Shown here piece by piece: positions 38,899 through 48,795 of a DNA stretch of 51,868 nt. The stretch's first letter is position 1. Every line of letters begins with the position of its first letter. The stretch comes from Ferruginibacter sp. (GTDB lineage: Bacteria; Bacteroidota; Bacteroidia; Chitinophagales; Chitinophagaceae). The stretch lies in the NCBI GenBank assembly GCA_046153805.1, contig JBJXGJ010000197.1:1-51868 (forward strand), given 5' to 3'. The notes beneath the pieces are model-generated. The model did no database searches. It was given only the letters and a program-made list of their open reading frames with translations, and was not told where the DNA came from. A program made the translations under genes and the position numbers.

Positions 38899-40938
38899 AT
38901 GGAACATCAACATTCAGCAAATAAAGAAAACCACGCAGTGCATGACATGAGCAATATGCAGCATGGAGCAAACCCAGCAATGGGCATGGCAGGGCATAAC
39001 CATCATGCCATGATGATTGCCGATTTTAAAAAGCGGTTTTATGTAGTGCTTATCCTTACCATTCCAATTATGTTGCTATCAACCATGATACAGCATTTTA
39101 TAAAAGTTGATTGGCAGTTTGCAGGTTCTCAATACATTTTGTTTGCATTATCAACCATTGTATTTTTTTATGGCGGCTTTCCGTTCTTAAAAGGATTGGT
39201 TGCCGAAGTAAAAGCTAAGAACCCCGGCATGATGTTTTTAATTGGCTTCGCCATTACAGTTGCATACATCTACAGTGTAGCAATTGTTTTTGGTTTGCAG
39301 GGCATGGACTTTTTTTGGGAGTTAGCAACTCTAATCCTTATTATGCTGTTAGGGCATTGGATAGAAATGAAATCTGTTGCAGGGGCATCAAAAGAATTAG
39401 AATTATTGGTGCAGTTAATGCCGGCAGATGCACACATGGTAATGCCCAACATGGTGCATGATGTAAAGACCGACACACTAAAAGAGAACGATATTATTTT
39501 AATAAAGCCGGGCGAAAAAGTGGCGGCAGATGGAATAATATTAGAAGGCGAAAGTTACCTCAATGAAAGTATGCTTACAGGCGAAAGCAAACCGGTACAA
39601 AAACTAAAAGGCGATAAAGTAATTGCAGGTGCAATCAACGGCAATGGCTCAATAAAAGTTACCGTTTCTCATGCTGCAAAAGATTCTTATTTATCACAGG
39701 TTATAAAGTTGGTGGACGATGCACAAAAATCAAAATCAAACACACAGTTATTAGCAGACAAAGCAGCAAAATGGCTAACCATAATTGCATTGGTTTCAGG
39801 TATTGTTACCTTTTTATATTGGTATCTCACAGGGCAATCACTTGCTTTTGCAATGGAACGTATGGTTACAGTAATTGTTATTTGTTGCCCTCATGCTTTG
39901 GGTTTGGCAGTTCCTTTAGTTGTTGCAAAATCTACAGCACTATCAGCAAAAAATGGTTTACTTATTAAGAATAGAACAGCATTTGAAAATGCAAGAAAAA
40001 TCACTACTATAGTTTTTGATAAAACGGGAACATTAACCGTTGGCAAATTTGAAGTATCAAAAATAGTTTCGCTTCAAAAAGAATTTACCGAAAATGAAAT
40101 CATTCGTCTGGCATCTGCATTAGAACAAAAATCAGAACATCCCATTGCAACAGGCATTTTACAAAAAATAAAAGATTTATCAATTACCATTCCTGCAACA
40201 GAAAATTTCAATGCCATCACCGGCAAAGGAGTGGAAGCAACAGTTGAAGGCAAAAAAATATTGGTGGTAAGTCCGGGATATTTAAAAGAAAACAATCTTG
40301 CAATCCCCGAAGGCTTTACTGCCAACGATACGGAAACAGTTGTATTTGTAATCGTAAACAATCAGTTGGCAGGTTACATTGCTTTGTCAGATGAAATTCG
40401 TCCTGAATCAGCCGAAGCAATCAAGACCTTAAAAGAAAACAATATCAAATCAATATTGTTAACAGGCGATAATAACAAAGTAGCAAAAAGTGTAAGCGAT
40501 ACTTTAGGTATGGATAGTTTCATTGCCGAAGTATTACCACATCAAAAATTAGAAAAAATAAAAGACTTGCAAAGCAAAGGCGAGTTTATTGCCATGACAG
40601 GTGATGGTGTAAACGATGCACCAGCTTTAGCAATTGCTGATGTCGGTATTGCCGTTGGTAGCGGCAGCGATATTGCAGCAGAAACCGCAGGTATTGTTTT
40701 GGTAAACAGCAACCCAAAAGATATTGTAAGCCTAATTCTATTTGGCAAAGCCACTTACCGTAAAATGATACAGAATTTAATTTGGGCTACAGGTTACAAT
40801 GTTATTGCATTGCCTTTGGCAGCAGGTGTTTTATATAAGCAAGGCATTTTATTAAGTCCGGCAGCGGGTGCAGTTTTAATGACGGTTAGCACAGTTGTTG
40901 TGGCTATCAATGCAAGTATGTTATCAGTAAAAAAATAA
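38899..40938 (+). CDS. Copper-translocating P1B-3 ATPase (CopB-like)
   Basis: His/Met-rich N-terminus, TGES, CPHALGLA, DKTGT, GDGVND, GYN. Confidence 0.93.
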   Translation: MEHQHSANKENHAVHDMSNMQHGANPAMGMAGHNHHAMMIADFKKRFYVVLILTIPIMLLSTMIQHFIKVDWQFAGSQYILFALSTIVFFYGGFPFLKGLVAEVKAKNPGMMFLIGFAITVAYIYSVAIVFGLQGMDFFWELATLILIMLLGHWIEMKSVAGASKELELLVQLMPADAHMVMPNMVHDVKTDTLKENDIILIKPGEKVAADGIILEGESYLNESMLTGESKPVQKLKGDKVIAGAINGNGSIKVTVSHAAKDSYLSQVIKLVDDAQKSKSNTQLLADKAAKWLTIIALVSGIVTFLYWYLTGQSLAFAMERMVTVIVICCPHALGLAVPLVVAKSTALSAKNGLLIKNRTAFENARKITTIVFDKTGTLTVGKFEVSKIVSLQKEFTENEIIRLASALEQKSEHPIATGILQKIKDLSITIPATENFNAITGKGVEATVEGKKILVVSPGYLKENNLAIPEGFTANDTETVVFVIVNNQLAGYIALSDEIRPESAEAIKTLKENNIKSILLTGDNNKVAKSVSDTLGMDSFIAEVLPHQKLEKIKDLQSKGEFIAMTGDGVNDAPALAIADVGIAVGSGSDIAAETAGIVLVNSNPKDIVSLILFGKATYRKMIQNLIWATGYNVIALPLAAGVLYKQGILLSPAAGAVLMTVSTVVVAINASMLSVKK

Positions 40939-40948
40939 AAAATCAATA

Positions 40949-43522
40949 ATGAAAAAAGTAATAGCAATAATATTCCTTCTTGCATTTTATTCCCTTGCAC
41001 AAGCACAGGAAATGAAAGGTATGGACATGGATAAAAAAGAAACAAAGCAACAGCCGCAGCCTGTTACCTACACCTGCCCCATGCACCCGGAAATACATGC
41101 AACAAAGCCCGGTAACTGCCCTAAGTGTGGTATGAAGTTGGTAAAGGAAAAACCAAAGCAGGTAAAACAGCAGCCTGTACAAAAACATGATGAAATGCAA
41201 ATGCCCAAAGACACGACTAAGAAAAAAAGTATGGATATGGGCAATATGCAAATGGATAATATGGACAACATGCCTATACCAAAAGCAGATGTTGGAAAAA
41301 TAAAAACCATTGTAAACAATACACCGCCCCGTACTGTTCGCTATGATTTATACATAGCAGATACAACCGTAACCTTTGGTAAAAAGAAAAAAAGAGCCAT
41401 AGCAGTAAATGGGCAAATTCCTATGCCCACACTTACTTTTACTGAAGGCGATACAGCAGAAATTTATGTACATAACATGATGAACGAAGAAACATCATTG
41501 CATTGGCACGGATTGTTTTTACCTAATCAATACGATGGTGTACCTAACCTTACACAGATGCCAATAAAAGCACACACAACGCATTTATACAAGTTCCCTA
41601 TCATACAGCATGGTACACATTGGTATCACAGCCACACAGGTTTGCAGGAGCAGATTGGTATGTATGGAATGTTCATAATGAATAAAAGAAAAGAATGGGA
41701 TATACCAACCATACCCGTTTTGTTAAGTGAATGGACAGACATGAAGCCCGAAGAAGTACACCGTAGCTTACATGCAGCCACAGATTGGTTTGCCATACAA
41801 AAAGGAAGCACACAAAGCTACACAGAAGCTATACGGACAGGCAATTTCAAAACTAAAGTAACCAACGAATGGAAACGGATGAATGCAATGGATTTAACCG
41901 ATGTGTACTACGATAATTTTTTAATCAATGGTAAAAACCAAAATGAGCAACCACAATTTAAAGCAGGTGATAAAGTAAGGTTGCGTATAGCAAACGGTGG
42001 TGCATCCGATTATTTTTGGCTCAAATATTCAGGTGGCAAGATTACCGTGGTAGCAACTGATGGTAACGATGTAGAGCCTGTTGAAGTTGATAGGTTGATT
42101 ATTGCAGTTTCAGAAACATACGATGTAGTAGTAACCATTCCCGAAAACAAGAGTTACGAATTTTTAGTAACACCTGAAGACCGAACAAAGTCAGCATCCC
42201 TTTGGTTGGGCAGTGGCGAAAAAGTACCTGCGGTAAAAATGAGCCGTCCAAAATATTTTGCAGGCATGAAGATGATGAACGACATGATGGATATGAAAGG
42301 CAACATGATTGAAATGGAAGGAATGAAAATGCAGAACCAAATCATGGATATGAATACTGTAATGTACCCCGAAATAACCGGTGAAGAAAATCCTAAATCA
42401 TCACAGAAAGAAACAACCACCCATTCAAAACATAACATGCAGATGCCCAATAATAACAGTATGCAAGGCATGAACATGGCTGCTGAAAATTCGGATATAG
42501 TTACGCTTAATTATACCATGTTGCGTTCACCCGAAAAAACAACATTGCCCCCAGGCACATTAAGAGAATTGAAATTTGATTTAACAGGAAACATGAACCG
42601 TTATGTTTGGACATTGGATAACAAAACAGTTTCTGAAAGTGATAAGATATTAATAAAGAAAGGAGAAAACCTAAGAATAGTTTTGTACAACAATAGCATG
42701 ATGCGGCATCCCATGCACTTGCATGGACACGACTTTCGATTGCTAAACGGGCAAGGCGATTATGCACCCATGAAAAATATTATAGACATCATGCCAATGG
42801 AAAGAGATACTATAGAATTTGCAGCAACCGAAAGCGGAGATTGGTTTTTTCATTGCCATATTTTATACCACATGATGAGCGGAATGGGCAGGGTTTTCAG
42901 TTATGAAAATTCTCCAGCCAATCCTGAAATACCACATCCAAAACTGGCACAAAGAAAATTGTTTGCAGATGATAGAATGTTTCATTTAATGGGAAAAGTA
43001 GGTATTGAAAGTAATGGCAGCGATGGCGAAGCCATGCTTGCAAATACCCGTTGGAAACTAAGCACACTTTGGCATTTAGGCTATCACGATATGCACGGTT
43101 ACGAAAGTGAAACAATGGTAGGGCGTTACTTAGGTCGTATGCAATGGTGGTTTCCGTATGTTGGTTTCGATTATCATTATAAAGTAGAAGGCGGTCCCAA
43201 AAACATTTTCGGCAACGAAGAAAAAAACTGGTTTGGGCAGTCAAGCAATAAGAATAACAGGCATACAGTAGTAGCAGGTATTGCGTACACTTTACCCATG
43301 TTGTTTGTTGCTGATTTAAGAGTAGATGGTGACGGCAAATTTCGTTTCCAGTTTGGCAGGGAAGATGTCCCAGTTACCAAACGTTTACGTTTTAGCATGA
43401 TGATAAACACCGATAAAGAATACATGGCAGGGTTAAGATACATTGCCACAAAATACATTTCTGTTTCATCGCACTATGATAGCGATATGGGATTGGGTGG
43501 AGGTATTACATTCACTTATTAA
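40949..43522 (+). CDS. Multicopper oxidase with N-terminal heavy-metal-binding domain and C-terminal beta-rich domain
   Basis: YTCPMHP...CPKCGM; HWHG, WYHSH, HPMHLHGH, HCHILYHM; Met-rich linkers. Confidence 0.94.
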   Translation: MKKVIAIIFLLAFYSLAQAQEMKGMDMDKKETKQQPQPVTYTCPMHPEIHATKPGNCPKCGMKLVKEKPKQVKQQPVQKHDEMQMPKDTTKKKSMDMGNMQMDNMDNMPIPKADVGKIKTIVNNTPPRTVRYDLYIADTTVTFGKKKKRAIAVNGQIPMPTLTFTEGDTAEIYVHNMMNEETSLHWHGLFLPNQYDGVPNLTQMPIKAHTTHLYKFPIIQHGTHWYHSHTGLQEQIGMYGMFIMNKRKEWDIPTIPVLLSEWTDMKPEEVHRSLHAATDWFAIQKGSTQSYTEAIRTGNFKTKVTNEWKRMNAMDLTDVYYDNFLINGKNQNEQPQFKAGDKVRLRIANGGASDYFWLKYSGGKITVVATDGNDVEPVEVDRLIIAVSETYDVVVTIPENKSYEFLVTPEDRTKSASLWLGSGEKVPAVKMSRPKYFAGMKMMNDMMDMKGNMIEMEGMKMQNQIMDMNTVMYPEITGEENPKSSQKETTTHSKHNMQMPNNNSMQGMNMAAENSDIVTLNYTMLRSPEKTTLPPGTLRELKFDLTGNMNRYVWTLDNKTVSESDKILIKKGENLRIVLYNNSMMRHPMHLHGHDFRLLNGQGDYAPMKNIIDIMPMERDTIEFAATESGDWFFHCHILYHMMSGMGRVFSYENSPANPEIPHPKLAQRKLFADDRMFHLMGKVGIESNGSDGEAMLANTRWKLSTLWHLGYHDMHGYESETMVGRYLGRMQWWFPYVGFDYHYKVEGGPKNIFGNEEKNWFGQSSNKNNRHTVVAGIAYTLPMLFVADLRVDGDGKFRFQFGREDVPVTKRLRFSMMINTDKEYMAGLRYIATKYISVSSHYDSDMGLGGGITFTY

Positions 43523-43567
43523 AAACGATAATATTAATTTATTAAAAAACAACTAAAAAATACAAAA

Positions 43568-44047
43568 ATGGAAAACAAAGTAAACATGCAGAAAATGCAA
43601 GGGATGAGTTATAAAAAATTCTCTTTGATGATGTTGATTTCTTTCATCATCATGTATGGTGTTATGTTTTTAAATGTTGATGAAGTTAATCATATTTATA
43701 TCAGTACAACCAGAACATACATGGCTTTGCTGATGGTTTCACCAATGGCAATAGTAATGCTGCTGATGATGGGCAAAATGTACCCTAACAAAAAACTGAA
43801 TACAGGTATTATGTTGGGTGCTGCCGTTTTATTTGCTCTTGTTTTAACCGGTTTAAGAACACAAACTCCAATTGGTGATGTGCAATACATGAAAGCAATG
43901 ATACCGCACCATTCGTCTGCGATAATGGTCAGTAAAAATGCTAACCTTAAAGACCCTGAAGTGATAAAATTATCTGAAGGCATCATTGCTTCACAGGAAA
44001 AAGAGATTGCAGAAATGAAAGCCATTTTAGCCAGGATGGGTAAGTAG
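43568..44047 (+). CDS. DUF305-family (CopM-like) membrane-anchored protein
   Basis: YMKAMIPHHSSAI, IIASQEKEIAEMK. Confidence 0.87.
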   Translation: MENKVNMQKMQGMSYKKFSLMMLISFIIMYGVMFLNVDEVNHIYISTTRTYMALLMVSPMAIVMLLMMGKMYPNKKLNTGIMLGAAVLFALVLTGLRTQTPIGDVQYMKAMIPHHSSAIMVSKNANLKDPEVIKLSEGIIASQEKEIAEMKAILARMGK

Positions 44048-44090
44048 GATAATTGGTTTATATCATTCGTTTAAACTATCGAAATAATTA

Positions 44091-44190
44091 GGAGCTTCCC
44101 CTTTGGGTCGGGCTATCCGTTGCAAGTCCGGCACAAAGGCGAAGCACAATACCTTCACCGGGCTTTCCACTGCTATCCCTAAGCCGGGAA
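44091..44190. repeat. REP-like GC-rich element
   Basis: gggtcgggctatccgttgcaagtccgg...ccgggctttccactgctatccc; ends resemble the element at 1827-1906. Confidence 0.45.
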
Positions 44191-45475
44191 GAAGCGGTGT
44201 GGCAAAGCCACGAATCTATTTGCACCCACCCAGCCAACGCACAAGCACGGCTTATGCAGTGGCTAACACACAAAGCCAACCCTTCCACTGCATCTATGGT
44301 GTTGCCGCCATTTTTAACTGTCATACTTTTTGTGTGGTGTGTGCCAACGCATACAGCACATTGCTATCCTCATTCCGCTAAAGCTTCATTGCGGTAGCAA
44401 AGAGCTGTGCAACCGCAAACACACCAAACAAAAAGCCGGGCTGCCCCAAAGCCCCTTCGCAGCCCTTATGCCAGTATAAAAACTGGCGGAAGCTACTTAA
44501 ACATAATGCGGCATTATAGGTTCGCTACGCATAGCCATCCCACGCTTATGCAAGCATCCCACCGCTATGGCTATCCTATAATACGCCATTATGTTAAGTA
44601 TCCAACACCATAGCACTTTTTATCAAAAGTGAAGCCGTGCTTTTTGCCACAGCACCCACCCTGAAAGACCCACACACCCCAACCACCCTTTCAATGGTGC
44701 AGCAAAAAATAAAGCATGTGTTTATATATTGCCATGTGCCTGCGGTCAGTTCATTCACTGCATCTCCATTGCGTTCAGGCGTTTCGTTCATTCCGCTTTG
44801 CTCCATTCACTTCACTATCCCTCTCTCCATTTCGCCTTCGTTCATTTCACTCACCTCTGCACCGCACAGCAAAACCAATTCCCTCTCTACATTCCACAAA
44901 GCTTTTTTAATTGCTTTCCGTGTCATGGCATCCCGATAGCCAAAGCACAAAGGCAACTCTCAATCGGGATTGCTCATGCCACTACAAGCCACTATTGGTA
45001 GTTGTTCCATTCCGTTCTGTCATTGCATTTGCTTTTAACCCACCGCACAATTGAAAGCGGTATGCTTTATTTTTTTCTGCGGCATGTTTACCCCATCCAA
45101 CCCTCAAAAGACAGTACAGTTCCAATTGAAATTTTATTGTGATTGATAAGCATTGGAGGAAAGGCGAAAAGGAAAAAAATAAAAATAAAAAGTGCAGCAA
45201 AGGTAGGTGGCTGGCACAGCCCCACGCTTGAAAAAAACCAAAAGACTACGGCATAATAAAAAGAGAAAAAAGGGCTACGCCTCTTTATTTTTTTCTCTTT
45301 TTACCCTTCGGGACTTATTCCGTTTCCTTTTGGTTTTTTAGCCACGCCACCTTTCAGGATGCTTTCTTTTTTTTTCTGTTTTTTTTCTTTGTCAAATTAT
45401 ATATGTGTTGCGTAGCGTAAGCGTAGCAGGGCAGCGGCAAAGGTTCAAAGCAGCTTACATTTTAAAGCTATCAGT

Positions 45476-45904
45476 ATGCACAGCCCAAAGTTTCAAACGT
45501 ACAGCGTAAAAAATCAAAGTACAGGTTTTGAGTTTTACATTCTTTCAAAAGGTTTAAATAGTGGCAAGCCACTTACCACACCTTGTCCAAATTCCTTTGT
45601 TTGCATTTGCAAAAATGAGGAGCAAAAGGATTTTTATTTCTGGCTGCTTTTCGGGTTGTGGAAGGCAAAGCATTTTCATCAATTCCTTACAGGTTCAGTT
45701 ATCCCGTTCATTCGCATCAATGAATTTAAAAAGGAAGTTGCGGTACAAGCCGAAACGGTAAGCAAGCAACAAACCGCATACACAAATACCATCAAGCAAA
45801 TAAAACTACTGGAGCAAAAGGAAATGCAGATGCTGCAAAATTTGGCACTCATAAAAGATGTGAAAAGAGCAATGATATACCGGCACATAAAAAGCAAAAT
45901 GTAA
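45476..45904 (+). CDS. Hypothetical protein (DUF6943-like)
   Basis: 142-aa ORF, FYILSKGLNSGKPL..PCPNSF, GSVIPFIRI, C-terminal coiled coil. Confidence 0.75.
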   Translation: MHSPKFQTYSVKNQSTGFEFYILSKGLNSGKPLTTPCPNSFVCICKNEEQKDFYFWLLFGLWKAKHFHQFLTGSVIPFIRINEFKKEVAVQAETVSKQQTAYTNTIKQIKLLEQKEMQMLQNLALIKDVKRAMIYRHIKSKM

Positions 45905-46360
45905 GGCAGCCCGTTACATGATGATGCTTGCACATAATATAAATTTTGATATGCAAAAGTAGCATGGCGGGCAACCGCACAAAGCCAACGAAAAAAAACC
46001 AAAAGACTACGGCATAAACACAGACCCAACGCACAAGGCTATCTTTTATTCCGTTTCCTTTTGGTTTTTTTATCCGCCATGCTGTGAGAGGCATATAAAA
46101 TTTATACATTATGCACAAGCATCCACGTATCAGTTCCGGCAGCCATTCAGGCATTTGTCCTTTCACTTCGGTTGCCCTTTCACAGTTCATTCCTGTTTCC
46201 CGTTTCGCTTATCAGCGTTATGTCCGCAGGGCTGCTTTCAATTGGTGTCCTTCGCCTGGCATCAGCGTTTATAATCTTCCTTGCGGTTGTTGCCTTTGGG
46301 TTCATTCCACTGGTCAGCGTTTCCTTTCAGCATTGCCCTTTTAGGGCTTTGCTAAAAAGA

Positions 46361-46391
46361 AAAAGCCCCACCTGAAAAGGTGAGGCAATTT
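46361..46391 (-). terminator. Terminator-like hairpin downstream of the minus-strand genes
   Basis: aaaagccccacct-gaaa-aggtgaggcaattt. Confidence 0.6.
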
Positions 46392-46415
46392 CATAACTGA
46401 AAGAAAGAACATTTT

Positions 46416-47165
46416 TTACGCAGCTTCAACAATATTCAACACGTTGTATGAGCCATTTTTAAGCGAATACTGTATACCGTTTACTTCCTGAAAGAACTCT
46501 ATCAGCAACAAGTAAAACTTAGTGCCAGTGCCAGCAGGAACGGCAGCAGGCGTAAGCGTTACAGGTGTGTTTGTTCCATCAATCGGCAAGTTCGTTACCG
46601 GGCTGTATTCAATAGCACTTATTTCATTTGTGAAATCAACATTTGCATAAGCAGCCTTTAAGCTGATATGTGTTGCCCCTGAAGGAAAAGAAATATCATT
46701 GATAGGCACGAATGCAGGAATACCGATTTCACCTGTTGCAGTTGTTACTGTAAACGGAGCAAACAACACACCGCTAAGAATTGCTTTATCATTGAAATCA
46801 AAATCTTTCAACAAAGCCAGTGCAGCAGGGTCTGCAATGCCATCAGCAACAGTACGTTCACCTCTTACAGAAGCTACATCGTAGTTTTTAATCTGTGTCA
46901 TAACCTGTGTAAGACGGCTTGTAACACGGTTATCAGCAGCGTTCATCATCAAATTACGAACTGCATTGCGTAGCACTTTACCAGCAGTTGCAGAGCTTCC
47001 AAATTCACTGCCGTTTTCACGGGTACGTTGAAAATTCGGGTCATTTGCAATACGGTCAGCAGATACACCGCCTTTGGTTTTTACCAGGTGTCCATCCTGT
47101 GTTTTATAGAAGGTCAGTTCATCAAGTGTTCCTTCTATTTTTAAGATACCTTTTAGCTTTGCCAT
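46416..47165 (-). CDS. Hypothetical protein (basic N-terminus, beta-rich C-terminus)
   Basis: 249-aa ORF, GTLDELTFYK...DPNFQRTRENGSEFG. Confidence 0.82.
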   Translation of the reverse strand: MAKLKGILKIEGTLDELTFYKTQDGHLVKTKGGVSADRIANDPNFQRTRENGSEFGSSATAGKVLRNAVRNLMMNAADNRVTSRLTQVMTQIKNYDVASVRGERTVADGIADPAALALLKDFDFNDKAILSGVLFAPFTVTTATGEIGIPAFVPINDISFPSGATHISLKAAYANVDFTNEISAIEYSPVTNLPIDGTNTPVTLTPAAVPAGTGTKFYLLLIEFFQEVNGIQYSLKNGSYNVLNIVEAA

Positions 47166-47197
47166 TGTTTTATATATTTAATTGTTAGTAAAAAAAT

Positions 47198-47707
47198 TTA
47201 AGAGTTGCAGCCTTTGCAATATTTCAATCTGTTTTTATAATTATAGTGCCTGTACAGCCACGGAGGGCAAACACTATTTACACCACACACCCAAAGCCCT
47301 TTATGTTCGTTTATAGCCAACCTTTGCAGGTTTGCAAGGTTTGCATCATTGCAGTATTCTAAGTACAGCCAAGCCCATCCATTGCGTAATAAAAGGCTAT
47401 CTAATGCTTTACCATCAATACGAATACTTACAAGCTGCCGTTTGTATTTATCCGTTCCTGCACTGTCAAAACTTACAGTTTTGCCAAGCAGTATTTGGCT
47501 CACTTGCTGCTTCGCAGCTTCGCCAAAATGTTGCTTCAACTCTGGTGCATCAATATTGGTTAATCTTGCAACAATGATTTTGCCTTTCACTAATAAACTG
47601 TAAGTGTCAGCATCCCACACACGAACAATTTTTGCAGTACGTTGAGCCATTGCATTTGATGCAATGACCAACAAAAAACCAATCAAAATATTTCGTGTTG
47701 CTTTCAT
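47198..47707 (-). CDS. Thermonuclease (SNase-like) with signal peptide
   Basis: VWDADT, RLTNIDAPE..Q.FG, DKYKR, GWAW, GLW; ATG 47707 preceded by TACTTTTG box. Confidence 0.87.
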   Translation of the reverse strand: MKATRNILIGFLLVIASNAMAQRTAKIVRVWDADTYSLLVKGKIIVARLTNIDAPELKQHFGEAAKQQVSQILLGKTVSFDSAGTDKYKRQLVSIRIDGKALDSLLLRNGWAWLYLEYCNDANLANLQRLAINEHKGLWVCGVNSVCPPWLYRHYNYKNRLKYCKGCNS

Positions 47708-47714
47708 TTGAAAA

Positions 47715-47827
47715 CAAAAGTAGAAGCACGGTAAAGGCTTTACAAATGTGCCGTGCCATCCGTTCCGATTATGCCGCATTATTCCAACAAACACCCTTTT
47801 ACCGCTCCACAAAAACGTATATCTTTG
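47715..47827. promoter_or_regulatory. Divergent promoter region
   Basis: Minus-strand TACTTTTG (47722-47715) and plus-strand TATCTTTG (47820-47827). Confidence 0.5.
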
Positions 47828-47895
47828 CTACATTACTTTCATATCAAAAGCATAGCAACGGTATGGATGATGTATTAAAGCGTATAATTGAAATA

Positions 47896-48084
47896 ATGAA
47901 TAGACTGTGCATTTACCCAAAAGACATTCAGGTAATCACAGGCAGAAGCGACAGGTATGGCAGAAACCTTATTAAGAAGATTAAAGACCACTTCAGTAAA
48001 CAACAGCACCAGGTTGTTACAGTTGATGAGTTTTGCCAGTACATGGGCTTGCAACAAGAAGTTGTTGTAAAGCAATTGAGGTAA
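47896..48084 (+). CDS. Small HTH-like DNA-binding protein (62 aa)
   Basis: MNRLCIYPKDIQVITGRSDRYGRNLIKKIK...VTVDEFCQYMGL; ATG 47896 after A-rich leader. Confidence 0.72.
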   Translation: MNRLCIYPKDIQVITGRSDRYGRNLIKKIKDHFSKQQHQVVTVDEFCQYMGLQQEVVVKQLR

Positions 48085-48192
48085 GCTGAAATGCTAATCT
48101 TCGCTAAAGCTGTGGTAGGGGAAAGCACACTCTAAAGACAACAACATATTTTCCTTTCTTTGTAGTGCAGTTGCACTTGTTTTATTCAATCA

Positions 48193-48212
48193 TGTTGCCT
48201 ATTTGTTGCCTA
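48193..48212 (+). repeat. Tandem TGTTGCCTA pair (putative arm-binding sites, attR side)
   Basis: tgttgccta at 48193 and 48204, same core as attL-side repeats. Confidence 0.7.
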
Positions 48213-48249
48213 ATCTTCGCAAAGCATTGATAATAAAGGGAACTATACT

Positions 48250-48267
48250 TTCTGTATTGGAAAGTAA
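48250..48267 (+). repeat. attR core, 18-bp direct repeat
   Basis: TTCTGTATTGGAAAGTAA identical to 17967-17984. Confidence 0.93.
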
Positions 48268-48795
48268 AGTATTCCATTCACATAACATTTTTTCCACAAG
48301 AAATCGATCATTAAGTTTTTTTGATATTGAATTATTAAACGAATTTTTTTTTTGAAAGATTAAAATCCTTTAAATGCCGCTTTTTAATCCTGTTTTTTTG
48401 AGTCCAAACCTACGACCATGAACGAGACGTTCATTGAAAGCAAATTATGTTTTTAATGTAGGATAGAGGGCGCACTAACTAAATTGCGTAAAGTTGAGGA
48501 TAATCTTTTTTCCATAGCCCAATTCTCCATCTTCTTATTTTGAAGTGTGGTTTGATAAAAGTACTAAAAGTATTCAATTGCTCTTTGGCACGATATCATA
48601 AAAAACCGTTGATAAATCATTGTAAGTTGAACAAATTAAATGGTAAAATTAATTTTCCGTCAATATTTGTGAATAAGCATGCAGAATTGCCAGATCTTTA
48701 ACTTGCGGAAACACATTCCTTTTTGTTACAATGGTCGGTAAACTGGATGCAAGCCTCAATTTTTGAAGTACAAGTGGTAAACGAACTTTCAAATA

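Larger units (their letters stand above)
17967..48267. mobile_element. Integrative element / genomic island (~30.3 kb) inserted in mnmE 3' end, carrying metal resistance genes and an Argonaute
   Basis: Perfect 18-bp flanking direct repeats, adjacent excisionase and tyrosine integrase, replication-type gene, shared arm-type repeats at both ends. Confidence 0.93.

Noticed and set aside
44088-45200. Overlapping short ORFs on both strands
   Set aside because: Low-complexity translations with atypical composition in a hairpin-rich region; treated as non-coding
46111-46375. Two short plus-strand ORFs after the second hairpin
   Set aside because: Overlap the hairpin arm and a pyrimidine-rich tract; no protein-like motifs
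47198-47707. Thermonuclease as the Argonaute's effector nuclease
   Set aside because: About 12 kb away, on the opposite strand, and carries a signal peptide, so unlikely to partner a cytoplasmic Argonaute
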